The notes under the pieces were generated by a model. That model ran no database searches. It was not told the origin of the DNA and was given only the letters and a program-made list of their open reading frames with translations. From the NCBI GenBank assembly GCA_965652925.1, contig CBFGXL010000006.1:1-41991 (forward strand): DNA of 41,991 nt. Reading direction: 5' to 3'. Positions within the stretch are counted from its first letter, which is position 1, and the number at the start of each line of letters is the position of its first letter. Source of the DNA: an uncultured bacterium (GTDB lineage: Bacteria > Patescibacteriota > Minisyncoccia > Phycocordibacterales > UBA918). Positions 17,390-26,420 of this stretch are shown in pieces. Position numbers and translations under genes: made by a program.

Positions 17390-17935
17390 ATGCAGAGATC
17401 ACATTTGTTTGGACTATTGGTGTTACTGTGCATCTTTAGTGTTGCAGCAGGAATCACTTACTATTTTTACGTCACTCCCAATGACGCAAAAAATTCCGAT
17501 GCATCAAAAACACTCACATTTAATGATGCGTCTTTCACAGATATGGAAGGCAATCCGCTTTCATTTGATGCATATGAAGGCAAAGTTCGTGTAGTGAATT
17601 CATGGGCGAGCTGGTCACCTTACAGTGTACAGGAATTACAAGACCTTGATGTGCTCGCTAAAGAGTATATGGATCAGAATGTCGTTGTTATAGGCATTAA
17701 TCGTATGGAAACAAAAGAAACTGCTGAGCGTTTTCTGCGTTCCATCCCTTCGCTCCAATACCTCCATATCGTACTCGATTCAGGTGATGTGTTCTTTTCT
17801 TCGCTTGAGGGCTACGCAATGCCTGAAACCGTGATCTATGACCAGAATGGCAATATATACTTTCACAAAAGAGGTCCAATGAGCCTGGAAGAAATGCGCA
17901 AAAAAACACAAGAAGCTTTGGAAACAGACGCTTAA
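17390..17935 (+). CDS. TlpA/ResA-like membrane-anchored thioredoxin-fold protein with CxxC replaced by SPYS
   Basis: GKVRVVNSWASWSPYS..E; cis-Pro motif YAMPETVIYDQNG; GPMS. Confidence 0.85.
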   Translation: MQRSHLFGLLVLLCIFSVAAGITYYFYVTPNDAKNSDASKTLTFNDASFTDMEGNPLSFDAYEGKVRVVNSWASWSPYSVQELQDLDVLAKEYMDQNVVVIGINRMETKETAERFLRSIPSLQYLHIVLDSGDVFFSSLEGYAMPETVIYDQNGNIYFHKRGPMSLEEMRKKTQEALETDA

Positions 17936-17943
17936 GCTCATCC

Positions 17944-17971
17944 TTTACAATTGCCTGAACAGGAGTATTCT
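17944..17971 (+). promoter_or_regulatory. putative sigma70 promoter
   Basis: TTTACA (17944-17949), 16 nt spacer, TATTCT (17966-17971). Confidence 0.4.
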
Positions 17972-18064
17972 AAACCCAGGTTCTTTGTGTTCTGCTCTCG
18001 CGTCTGTTGATTTACTAGGTTTCCTGCAGGAATGTGGGGAACAGACAGATGTAATGAATACAAT

Positions 18065-18223
18065 ATGATGCGAGCAATCGGTTTTGTGATCGTTCTATAT
18101 GCGGTCGCACATTTGTTGTCAGATGCTTTTACAGCATTCGAGAATGCTGCAGTTGCAACGTTCGAAACGGTGCAAATCGCGGCGGTTATCTCGAAACATC
18201 ACCTGCTTGAAGAAGCAAACTGA
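18065..18223 (+). CDS. small hydrophobic protein (~52 aa)
   Basis: MMRAIGFVIVLYAVAHLL...; flanked by a putative promoter and a terminator. Confidence 0.55.
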   Translation: MMRAIGFVIVLYAVAHLLSDAFTAFENAAVATFETVQIAAVISKHHLLEEAN

Positions 18224-18224
18224 T

Positions 18225-18256
18225 AAAAGGCCTGGGTTTCCCCCGGGCTTTTGTTG
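18225..18256 (+). terminator. intrinsic terminator
   Basis: AAAAGGCCTGGG / CCCGGGCTTTT hairpin with a T tract. Confidence 0.7.
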
Positions 18257-18292
18257 TATGAATTTCATCCTCCAATCTGATACTATTACGTC

Positions 18293-19336
18293 ATGCTAAT
18301 GAATAGGATAGTTGAGTATGTTTTCTTCTTCGGCTTTATGGCTGTGGTTGGCTATTTGGTGTGGGAGATGGTGACGCCTTTTGTCTCAGCTCTTGCGCTT
18401 TCAGCAATCATCGTGACCATTTGTTATCCTCTGTACGTTCGTATACTCAAGGTCACTCCGAAACACAATGAAACCATTGCTGCACTTTTCACCACACTTC
18501 TGGTGCTGCTGATTGTTATTATTCCTTTGTTTTTGATAACTTCAGCACTCGTCAATGAAGCGGTTTCTGTCTACCGTATAGTAAACGCTGAGCAGATTGG
18601 TTTTGAAAGCTCGCTTGTGTCCTTTGAAACATCGGTTAAGCAATATTTTCCCGCATTTGAGCTCAACGTAACTGAGTACCTCAAACAAGCCGCAGCTTGG
18701 CTGGCGCTCAACCTCGGCGCTATCTTCGCTGGTACTGCCTCTACCATCTTTCTCTTCTTTATTGCGATTTTAGGTTCCTTTTATCTTTTCCGGGATGGCA
18801 GGGTCTTTACGAAAAGTCTTGTTCGCATAAGTCCGCTTCCCGATGCACAGGATGATGTCATTATGAAGCGTCTGGCTCAGGCAGTCCGTTCTGTTGCCAC
18901 TGGGACAGTGCTCATCGCTCTTATACAAGGTACGCTTACTGGGCTCGGACTTTATTTGTTTGGTTTTGAACGCGCGATCTTATGGGGAGTGATCGCCGCA
19001 TTTGGCGCGCTTATTCCGAGCGTTGGTACGACTATTGTTTTCATTCCGGCTGTTGTATATCTTCTGTTTAATGGAGAATATCTGCTAGCAGTGGGTGTGC
19101 TGGTTTGGGGTTCAGTTGCTGTAGGACTTATTGATAACATTCTTGGACCATATTTGATGAGTCGAGGCAATAAACTGCATCCTTTCTTGGTATTGCTCGC
19201 TGTTCTTGGCGGTATTTCAGTATTTGGTCCTATAGGCTTTATAGTTGGTCCTGTTCTTGTAAGTCTCTTTATGGTGTTGCTTGAGCTCTACTCTGTACAC
19301 ATCTCTGATCACAAGAAGAAAACAAACAAGGCATAA
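18293..19336 (+). CDS. AI-2E family transporter
   Basis: Multiple TMs; IPSVGT, DNILGPYLM, LHP...LAVLGG..FGPIGFIVGP signature. Confidence 0.9.
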   Translation: MLMNRIVEYVFFFGFMAVVGYLVWEMVTPFVSALALSAIIVTICYPLYVRILKVTPKHNETIAALFTTLLVLLIVIIPLFLITSALVNEAVSVYRIVNAEQIGFESSLVSFETSVKQYFPAFELNVTEYLKQAAAWLALNLGAIFAGTASTIFLFFIAILGSFYLFRDGRVFTKSLVRISPLPDAQDDVIMKRLAQAVRSVATGTVLIALIQGTLTGLGLYLFGFERAILWGVIAAFGALIPSVGTTIVFIPAVVYLLFNGEYLLAVGVLVWGSVAVGLIDNILGPYLMSRGNKLHPFLVLLAVLGGISVFGPIGFIVGPVLVSLFMVLLELYSVHISDHKKKTNKA

Positions 19337-19343
19337 TAGCTAT

Positions 19344-19757
19344 ATGTTTGAACGCGCACATATTGAAAAATTTTTAGAGCTTAACGGTGTAGAGCCGAGT
19401 GCTCCTGATGATGAAATAAAATCTGTTTTGGTCAGTGCCCGGTGGCACAAGGATGATGTTGAAACAGCACTTCTTGTATTGCGTGAGAATAAACAAAGTC
19501 ATGAGACTCATGTAGATACGCTCAGACGTGTTTTCCGCAGTGATGAGCATTTGCAGCCCGAGACTATTTCGGCGCTTTTGGGGGTAGACGTAAATATTCC
19601 AAGCGATGATATAGACCATAAAAGATTTTCTCACAGCATGATGTCGGCGCAGCAGATGATGCAGATTGGTTTGGTGTCACTTTCGGTCTCAGTTATTTTC
19701 GTCTTGGCTTCAATGTGGTATCTTCAGATGGGTGTGTTCCATATCGCCATGCGGTAG
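19344..19757 (+). CDS. hypothetical protein with C-terminal TM
   Basis: Likely start ATG 19344 (MFERAHIEKFL), just after the previous stop. Confidence 0.7.
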   Translation: MFERAHIEKFLELNGVEPSAPDDEIKSVLVSARWHKDDVETALLVLRENKQSHETHVDTLRRVFRSDEHLQPETISALLGVDVNIPSDDIDHKRFSHSMMSAQQMMQIGLVSLSVSVIFVLASMWYLQMGVFHIAMR

Positions 19758-19778
19758 GAACAACAAATTAATGAATGT

Positions 19779-20822
19779 ATGTCCAGGTTCCTCATCTTCT
19801 TTCTGTTGTGCTTTATTGCTATTTGTGCAGGCATTTATATCAGTTTTCCGCATCGTGAATTTGCCATAGGAAGTTTTACTTTTGCACTGCCAGTTCCTGA
19901 AGAGAAAGAACCCTCTGTTTCCAAGACGCGCATTCGGTTTGTGGGAGACGTTATGCTTGCGCGCAATGTTGAGAATCTTATGGATGCGTATGGGTCTGAT
20001 TATCCATTCAAGGCATTGCCCGAGCATCCTGAAGACAGTTATCTTGTTGGTAACTTTGAAGCAGCTGTTCCAAAAGTGCATGTACCCACTCCAAGCATGC
20101 AGTTTTCATTTTCGGTTGACCCTAAAAACCTTGAGGGCATGAGTAAATATGGGTTTACACATTTGGGGCTCGCTAATAACCATGCATATGATTTTGGGGT
20201 AGACGACTACGATCACGGAAAAAAGGTTTTGGAGGATCATGGCTTTACGACATTTGGTGATCCGGGTGAACTTGCTACCAGCGCTATTGCTTATATGGAT
20301 CTTGGTACTACCACTGTAGCTGTTGTGGGTGTGTACGCGGTAGATGCAGCACCACCGCTTGCAGCTGTTGCAGCTGTATTCGCTGAAGCTTCACGTAACA
20401 GTGACCTACAGATAGCGTTCATACACTGGGGGGAAGAATATACGCTTGTACACAATGCTTTTCAGGAGAAAGTGGCACAGACACTCATTGATGCTGGCGC
20501 AGATACTGTAATAGGTCATCACCCACATGTGCTGCAGGATATTGACGTATACAAAGATGTTCCGATCTTCTATTCATTAGGAAATTTCGTATTTGACCAG
20601 TACTTCAGTGAAGATGTACAGCAAGGACTTATGCTCGAGACCTCTTTTGAGCCATCAACAATACGTTTTGAACTTTTCCCGGTTACAAGCATCGGAACGC
20701 GAAGCCAAACCCGGCTCATGGCAGAGTATGAAAGAGAACTTTTGTTAAAAGCTCTTGCAAAACGAAGCGATCAAACATTGCAGTCAATGATAGAAAATGG
20801 CTATATTGAAGTCTCTTTTTAA
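19779..20822 (+). CDS. CapA family (poly-gamma-glutamate synthesis CapA-like metallophosphatase)
   Basis: VGDVML, GNFE, LANNH..DFG, HWG.EY, GHHPHV and YSLGNFVFDQ motifs. Confidence 0.9.
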   Translation: MSRFLIFFLLCFIAICAGIYISFPHREFAIGSFTFALPVPEEKEPSVSKTRIRFVGDVMLARNVENLMDAYGSDYPFKALPEHPEDSYLVGNFEAAVPKVHVPTPSMQFSFSVDPKNLEGMSKYGFTHLGLANNHAYDFGVDDYDHGKKVLEDHGFTTFGDPGELATSAIAYMDLGTTTVAVVGVYAVDAAPPLAAVAAVFAEASRNSDLQIAFIHWGEEYTLVHNAFQEKVAQTLIDAGADTVIGHHPHVLQDIDVYKDVPIFYSLGNFVFDQYFSEDVQQGLMLETSFEPSTIRFELFPVTSIGTRSQTRLMAEYERELLLKALAKRSDQTLQSMIENGYIEVSF

Positions 20823-20877
20823 TGTTTGCCTTGCATTTAACCAATAAATGCTTATTATTTTTGAATAATTTTTTCGT

Positions 20878-21411
20878 ATGATAAACAAATATGAGGCGTT
20901 TGGCATTTTAGCGTGTGTGGGGATCATGTCGCTTGCGCTCTTTCTTTTGCGTGTAGATACGAACGTGGCACTCTTAAGTAGCATTGATTCAGAAACACAA
21001 CAGGCGGTTATAGTCTCTGCAGGTGCCCGAGACAAGGAACAGGCAGTGAAAGATGCTCTTGCTGATTCAATAAACGCTCAAGGTGATATGGTCAGTATTA
21101 TTATTGATGATGTTACAGTCGGAGAAGGAAAAGCAGTAGAAGTGGGAGATACTATATCAGTGCACTACATCGGAACATTACAGAACGGACAGCAGTTTGA
21201 TAATTCATACGTAAAAGGCGAACCCTTCACATTTACGTTGGGCGAAGGCCGGGTGATAGCAGGTTGGGAGGAGGGAATCAAAGGGATGAAGAAAGGAGGG
21301 CAACGCATTCTCGTTATTCCATCACAGTATGCTTATGGAGCACAGGCCGTGGGAGCAATCCCTGCAAATGCGACACTCGTATTTTCAGTTGAACTTATTG
21401 ATATCAAGTAG
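20878..21411 (+). CDS. membrane-anchored FKBP-type peptidyl-prolyl isomerase
   Basis: VHYIGTL.NG..FDNS...F.LG...VIAGWEEGI.GM..GG.R.L.IP...AYG...IP.NATLVF.VEL. Confidence 0.93.
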   Translation: MINKYEAFGILACVGIMSLALFLLRVDTNVALLSSIDSETQQAVIVSAGARDKEQAVKDALADSINAQGDMVSIIIDDVTVGEGKAVEVGDTISVHYIGTLQNGQQFDNSYVKGEPFTFTLGEGRVIAGWEEGIKGMKKGGQRILVIPSQYAYGAQAVGAIPANATLVFSVELIDIK

Positions 21412-22629
21412 ATGAGTGACTCACCAGTAACATTTGAAGTCTTGAAGAACCAGCCCGGCACACTAGGTCGGGCTGGTTTGATACATACCCCTTCGGGTGA
21501 CATTGAGACTCCGGCTTTCGTCGTGGTGGGGACAAAAGGGACGGTGAAAAGTCTCAAGCCCGAGGATCTCCAAATGTATGTCGGAAATCAAGTGACACTT
21601 GCGAATACATACCACTTATTCCTACAGCCTGGACATGAGACAGTAAAACAAGCGGGAGGATTGCACAAATTCTCCGGATGGAAAACGCCAACCATAACCG
21701 ATTCGGGAGGCTTCCAGGTTTTTTCGCTTGGCGCAGCGTTCGGCAAAGGTGTAACCAAATTTGCTCAAAATGCAGAAACAGCATCAATTGATAACCGGCC
21801 AAATGTATATTCGAAAGATCTCGCGCAAGCGCATGGGAAACTCTGTGTGATAGATGAGGAGGGGGTGACGTTCACCTCGCATCTGGATGGTTCTATGCAC
21901 CGGTTCACCGCAGAACGTTCCATTGAGATCCAGCATGCCATCGGCGCTGACATCATCATTGCATTTGATGAATGCACGTCACCAACTGCAGAGTATGCAT
22001 ACCAAAAAGAAGCCATGGACCGCACACATCGTTGGGCAAAACGCTCGATCATGGCACATAAACAGAATTACGAAGCTCTCAAAAAGCAGGGTCTCTATGG
22101 TGTGGTACAGGGCGGACGCCATCTGGATCTGCGGCAGGAAAGTGCACGCGTTCTTTCAAATATGGATTTTGACGGATATGGTATCGGTGGTTCTTTCACT
22201 AAAGATGACCTCGGAGAGTCGCTGCGTGTGGTAAACGAAATTCTTCCACAAGAGAAACCGCGGCACTTGCTTGGCATTGGAGAACCTGACGATATCATTG
22301 CGGGGGTTAAGCAAGGGTGTGACACTTTTGACTGTGTGGCTCCCACCCGCATTGCTCGCACAGGTAGTGTCTATATCCACACTTCAAAAGATTGGGATCC
22401 GAATCGGGCAAACATAAAACGCATCAGTCTCAAGAATGCAAAATACAGAAACGATTTTTCTAAAGTAGATGAAGGTTGCGATTGTTACGTATGCACTAAC
22501 TACACCAAGGCGTATCTTGCACATCTTTTCCATGCCCAAGAAATGCTCGCCGCACATCTCGCATCCATTCACAACCTCTATACAATAGTCAATTTTACAA
22601 AAAAACTACGAGAATCGATCCTTCTTTAG
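21412..22629 (+). CDS. tgt: tRNA-guanine(34) transglycosylase
   Basis: TPAF..VGT, LANTYHL, TDSGGFQVFSL, VQGG, PRHLLGIG, FDCVAPTR and Zn site CDCYVC...H. Confidence 0.95.
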   Translation: MSDSPVTFEVLKNQPGTLGRAGLIHTPSGDIETPAFVVVGTKGTVKSLKPEDLQMYVGNQVTLANTYHLFLQPGHETVKQAGGLHKFSGWKTPTITDSGGFQVFSLGAAFGKGVTKFAQNAETASIDNRPNVYSKDLAQAHGKLCVIDEEGVTFTSHLDGSMHRFTAERSIEIQHAIGADIIIAFDECTSPTAEYAYQKEAMDRTHRWAKRSIMAHKQNYEALKKQGLYGVVQGGRHLDLRQESARVLSNMDFDGYGIGGSFTKDDLGESLRVVNEILPQEKPRHLLGIGEPDDIIAGVKQGCDTFDCVAPTRIARTGSVYIHTSKDWDPNRANIKRISLKNAKYRNDFSKVDEGCDCYVCTNYTKAYLAHLFHAQEMLAAHLASIHNLYTIVNFTKKLRESILL

Positions 22630-22702
22630 TCCTGTTGCTAAAATAAGGATTTTCTATATAGTGCAGGTACTTTAAGCCAACAAGAACCGAAAGGAGGGTG
22701 TG

Positions 22703-23326
22703 ATGTTGGACCATATTAAAGCGATCCTTAAAACATACAAGACAGAACACGCCTTCCGGAAACTTGTGCTTCGCCGATTTGCCCCGCATACGCATGGGCG
22801 CGCACTTGTGCTCCGCGCACTGAAGACGGCTTCAAAAGCACACAGCGCAACCCTGCGACTGGAAGGGGAGCTCGTCCTTTCTCAGCCAATTGCGGTTGCA
22901 GTACTTCTTTCCGAGGTGCTTGAAGAGAGAGATCCCAATCTCATCGCAGCGGCACTGCTGCATCTCTTCGTCGAAGATGTACGCGGGTGGAGCAAAAGAC
23001 GCCTCGGCAGAGTCTTCAACCCCACTGTGGCTGCGTACGTCGATTTCGTCACTAAAGAAGATGGCGAGGACAACGAACACTCATGGAACGAGCGCACCAA
23101 CCGTTCACATGAGAAGCTCCTCCAGGCGCCGCTTTCAGTGCAGAAGATGAAGCTCTGCGATCGCTTGAGCAACCTTCTGAGCATCACGTTCCTCCCTGTG
23201 TGGAAGCAAGAACGCATGCTGCGGGATACGGTAGATTTCTACGTCCCGTTGTCAAAGAAGCTTGGAGTTCTTGAGGAAGTTCTACTTGAGGCAGTGAAGT
23301 ATGCCTCGCGGGTCAACGCAAGTTGA
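22703..23326 (+). CDS. degenerate RelA/SpoT-hydrolase-like (Mesh1/HD_4) protein
   Basis: A..AH....R..GE....P..VA, AAALLHLFVED (canonical LLHDxxED) and KLCDRLSNL. SD AAGGAGG at 22691-22697 favours ATG 22703. Confidence 0.75.
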   Translation: MLDHIKAILKTYKTEHAFRKLVLRRFAPHTHGRALVLRALKTASKAHSATLRLEGELVLSQPIAVAVLLSEVLEERDPNLIAAALLHLFVEDVRGWSKRRLGRVFNPTVAAYVDFVTKEDGEDNEHSWNERTNRSHEKLLQAPLSVQKMKLCDRLSNLLSITFLPVWKQERMLRDTVDFYVPLSKKLGVLEEVLLEAVKYASRVNAS

Positions 23327-24061
23327 CCCGTTTTATTTTCGACTTCAATTTTTACCATGCTAAAGGTATACTCAAAACTGTGAATTTTAAGATTTCAACA
23401 GAAAAAACGCCTGCAGGCGACCAGCCAAAGGCCATTGAAAAACTCGTGCAAGGCATCGCGTCTGGAATGCACCATCAGACGCTTTTAAGGTGCTTGAAGA
23501 GAGAGATCCCAATCTCATCGCAGCGGCACTGCTGCATCTCTTCGTCGAAGATGTACGCGGGTGGAGCAAAAGACGCCTCGGCAGAGTCTTCAACCCCACT
23601 GTGGCTGCGTACGTCGATTTCGTCACTAAAGAAGATGGCGAGGACAACGAACACTCATGGAACGAGCGCACCAACCGTTCACATGAGAAGCTCCTCCAGG
23701 CGCCGCTTTCAGTGCAGAAGATGAAGCTCTGCGATCGCTTGAGCAACCTTCTGAGCATCACGTTCCTCCCTGTGTGGAAGCAAGAACGCATGCTGCGGGA
23801 TACGGTAGATTTCTACGTCCCGTTGTCAAAGAAGCTTGGAGTTCTTGAGGAAGTTCTACTTGAGGCAGTGAAGTATGCCTCGCGGGTCAACGCAAGTTGA
23901 CCCGTTTTATTTTCGACTTCAATTTTTACCATGCTAAAGGTATACTCAAAACTGTGAATTTTAAGATTTCAACAGAAAAAACGCCTGCAGGCGACCAGCC
24001 AAAGGCCATTGAAAAACTCGTGCAAGGCATCGCGTCTGGAATGCACCATCAGACGCTTTTA
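22914..24061 (+). repeat. tandem direct duplication, 574-bp unit (22914-23487 and 23488-24061)
   Basis: Copies appear identical by eye, and ORF ends are offset by 574 (23326 vs 23900). Confidence 0.95.
23380..23900 (+). pseudogene. duplication junction: uvrB 5' fragment joined out of frame to HD-gene 3' fragment
   Basis: The uvrB start (VNFKISTEK...HHQTLL) breaks at 23487 and is followed by a copy of the HD gene 3' part. Confidence 0.7.
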
Positions 24062-25990
24062 GGTGTAACTGGCTCGGGCAAAACTTTTACGGCAGCAAAT
24101 GTCATTCAAGCTGTTCAAAAACCCACTTTGGTCATTGCTCACAACAAGACTCTTGCCGCTCAACTCGCACAGGAGTATAAGGATTTTTTCCCTGACAATG
24201 AAGTGCATTATTTTGTTTCCTACTATGACTATTATCAGCCGGAGGCGTACGTAGCGACTTCAGATACTTATATCGAAAAAGAGTCTCAGATAAATGAGGA
24301 GATCGACCGTTTGCGTCATGCTTCTACACAAGCACTTTTAACACGGAGCGACGTCATCATTGTTGCTTCGGTTTCCTGCATCTATGGATTGGGTGCCCCC
24401 CAAGAGTATTTGAAAGTGCATAAAAAAATCGAGCGTGGGTTTACCATAACGCGCGCTGAGATGTTGCGCCTTTTGGTGTCTATGTATTTTGACCGTACTA
24501 TTGCTGACCTCAAACCCGGCATGTTCCGTGCGGTTGGCAATACTGTTGAGATAATGCCCACTAATGAACGTGTTATCTATCGGCTTGGATTCAACGGAAA
24601 TGAGGTTGTCTCGATCACAAAAATCGATGCGGTATCACGCTCGATCATTGAAGAACCTCCGGTTTTTTTCTTGTTTCCTGCGAAGCACTTTGTAACACCA
24701 GAAGATGAACGAAAACGAGCAATTGAAGATATTAAGCTTGAACTTGATGAACGACTTTCATATTTTAAAAAAGAAGGGAAGCTGCTTGAAGCAGAACGGT
24801 TGAAGCGTCGTACAGAACATGATCTGGCGCTTATACGTGAAGTTGGTTTTTGTAGTGGCATTGAGAATTATTCACGTCACTTTGATGGACGCAAACCAGG
24901 TGAAGCACCGTACACACTTTTGTCGTACTTCCCACATAAAGCGGATGGTTCCCCTGACTTTCTGACGATCATTGACGAATCGCACGTAACGGTACCCCAG
25001 CTTGGCGGTATGTATGCTGCAGACCGCTCCCGTAAAGAAAACCTTGTTGAGTACGGTTTTCGTCTGCCGAGCGCAGTTGATAATCGCCCACTCAATTTCA
25101 AAGAATTTGAAGAACGCGTGGGTACGGTCATCTATACGTCCGCAACTCCAGGGAAATACGAGCTCGCAAAAGCAGAGACAGGAGAAGGTCAGATCGTAGA
25201 GCAGATCATCCGACCAACCGGTCTTATCGATCCTGAGATCACAGTACGCCCCGTGAATCAGAAAGGTGAATATCCCGGGCAGATCAGGGATTTTATTGCA
25301 GAAGCTGAAAAAGTCATTGGAAGTGGTGCCCGTGTTCTGGTTACAACACTGACAAAAAAAATGGCAGAGGACCTCGCTGACTTTCTTGAGGAGAAAAGAA
25401 TAAAGACAAAATATATTCACAGCGATGTAGAGACTTTAGAGCGTATTGATACGCTTACAGCCTTTCGTAAAGGTGATTTTGACTGTTTGGTCGGGGTTAA
25501 TCTTTTGCGTGAGGGTCTCGATCTGCCCGAGGTGGAGATGGTAGCAATTCTCGATGCAGACAAAGAAGGTTTCCTCCGAAGTGAAACTGCATTGATACAG
25601 ACTATAGGACGGGCCGCTCGCAATGTTAACGGCCGCGTAGTTTTGTATGCTGATTCTCTGACCAAAGCGCTTGATTACGCGATACGTGAGACAAACAGAC
25701 GACGGACTCTGCAGACAGCCTACAATACTGAGCATGGCATTACACCAAAGACAATCCATAAGGAGATACGTTCAATTGCTGACCAGTTGCGAACACAGCA
25801 TGATGAGGCAATTGATGTTCTTATGAAAGTTGATGTCGATCTCTACAAAAAAAATCCACAAAAAACCATTAAAGATAAGAGGCGGCAGATGGAAGAAGCA
25901 GTTGCTGTTCTTGACTTTGAGACCGCTGCCATACTGCGTGATGAGATACGCATGCTCGAAGGGCTTTCACAAAGCCAAAAAGAGGTATAA
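23954..25990 (+). CDS. uvrB: excinuclease ABC subunit B
   Basis: GDQPKAI, GVTGSGKT, HNKTLAAQL, YYDYYQPEAY, DESH, LLREGLDLPEV, QTIGRAAR and C-terminal UVR domain. Likely start GTG 23954. Confidence 0.97.
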   Translation: MNFKISTEKTPAGDQPKAIEKLVQGIASGMHHQTLLGVTGSGKTFTAANVIQAVQKPTLVIAHNKTLAAQLAQEYKDFFPDNEVHYFVSYYDYYQPEAYVATSDTYIEKESQINEEIDRLRHASTQALLTRSDVIIVASVSCIYGLGAPQEYLKVHKKIERGFTITRAEMLRLLVSMYFDRTIADLKPGMFRAVGNTVEIMPTNERVIYRLGFNGNEVVSITKIDAVSRSIIEEPPVFFLFPAKHFVTPEDERKRAIEDIKLELDERLSYFKKEGKLLEAERLKRRTEHDLALIREVGFCSGIENYSRHFDGRKPGEAPYTLLSYFPHKADGSPDFLTIIDESHVTVPQLGGMYAADRSRKENLVEYGFRLPSAVDNRPLNFKEFEERVGTVIYTSATPGKYELAKAETGEGQIVEQIIRPTGLIDPEITVRPVNQKGEYPGQIRDFIAEAEKVIGSGARVLVTTLTKKMAEDLADFLEEKRIKTKYIHSDVETLERIDTLTAFRKGDFDCLVGVNLLREGLDLPEVEMVAILDADKEGFLRSETALIQTIGRAARNVNGRVVLYADSLTKALDYAIRETNRRRTLQTAYNTEHGITPKTIHKEIRSIADQLRTQHDEAIDVLMKVDVDLYKKNPQKTIKDKRRQMEEAVAVLDFETAAILRDEIRMLEGLSQSQKEV

Positions 25991-25999
25991 TACTTTTAT

Positions 26000-26368
26000 A
26001 TGAAAAAAGTGCTTCTTGTTGAAGACGATGCATTTATTCGAGATCTGACATCGATCAAACTCACCGAACAGTCATTTGCTGTGCTTGTTGCGCACGATGG
26101 CAATATGGCAGTTTCATTGCTGCACGATGAGAAGCCAGATATTGTTTTGCTTGATCTCGACCTGCCGGACATGTCAGGGTTGGAAGTGCTGAAACATATG
26201 AAAGAAGACCAGAACCTGATGGATACTCCTGTCATAATTTTCTCCAACAATGACGATCCTAAAATAAAAGCTCAGGCACTTGAACTTGGTTCTGTAGATT
26301 TCTTTGTCAAAGCAACTACTGCTTTTGAAGACTTGTTGAAGCGTATCCAGGAACGTATTGGTGCATAG
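26000..26368 (+). CDS. single-domain response regulator receiver
   Basis: VLLVEDD, LLDLDLPDMSG, PVIIFS, FFVK. Confidence 0.93.
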   Translation: MKKVLLVEDDAFIRDLTSIKLTEQSFAVLVAHDGNMAVSLLHDEKPDIVLLDLDLPDMSGLEVLKHMKEDQNLMDTPVIIFSNNDDPKIKAQALELGSVDFFVKATTAFEDLLKRIQERIGA

Positions 26369-26420
26369 TTATCGACATCATACAAGGAGAATAAAGCAAG
26401 CTTTCAGTATAATGTAAGGC

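Noticed and set aside
23323-23724. 133-aa ORF as a novel uvrB-fusion gene
   Set aside because: It is a product of the duplication junction; its 3' part is the HD gene read out of frame.
23900-23953. LexA/SOS box upstream of uvrB
   Set aside because: No convincing CTGT-N8-ACAG or GAAC-N4-GTTC palindrome is present.
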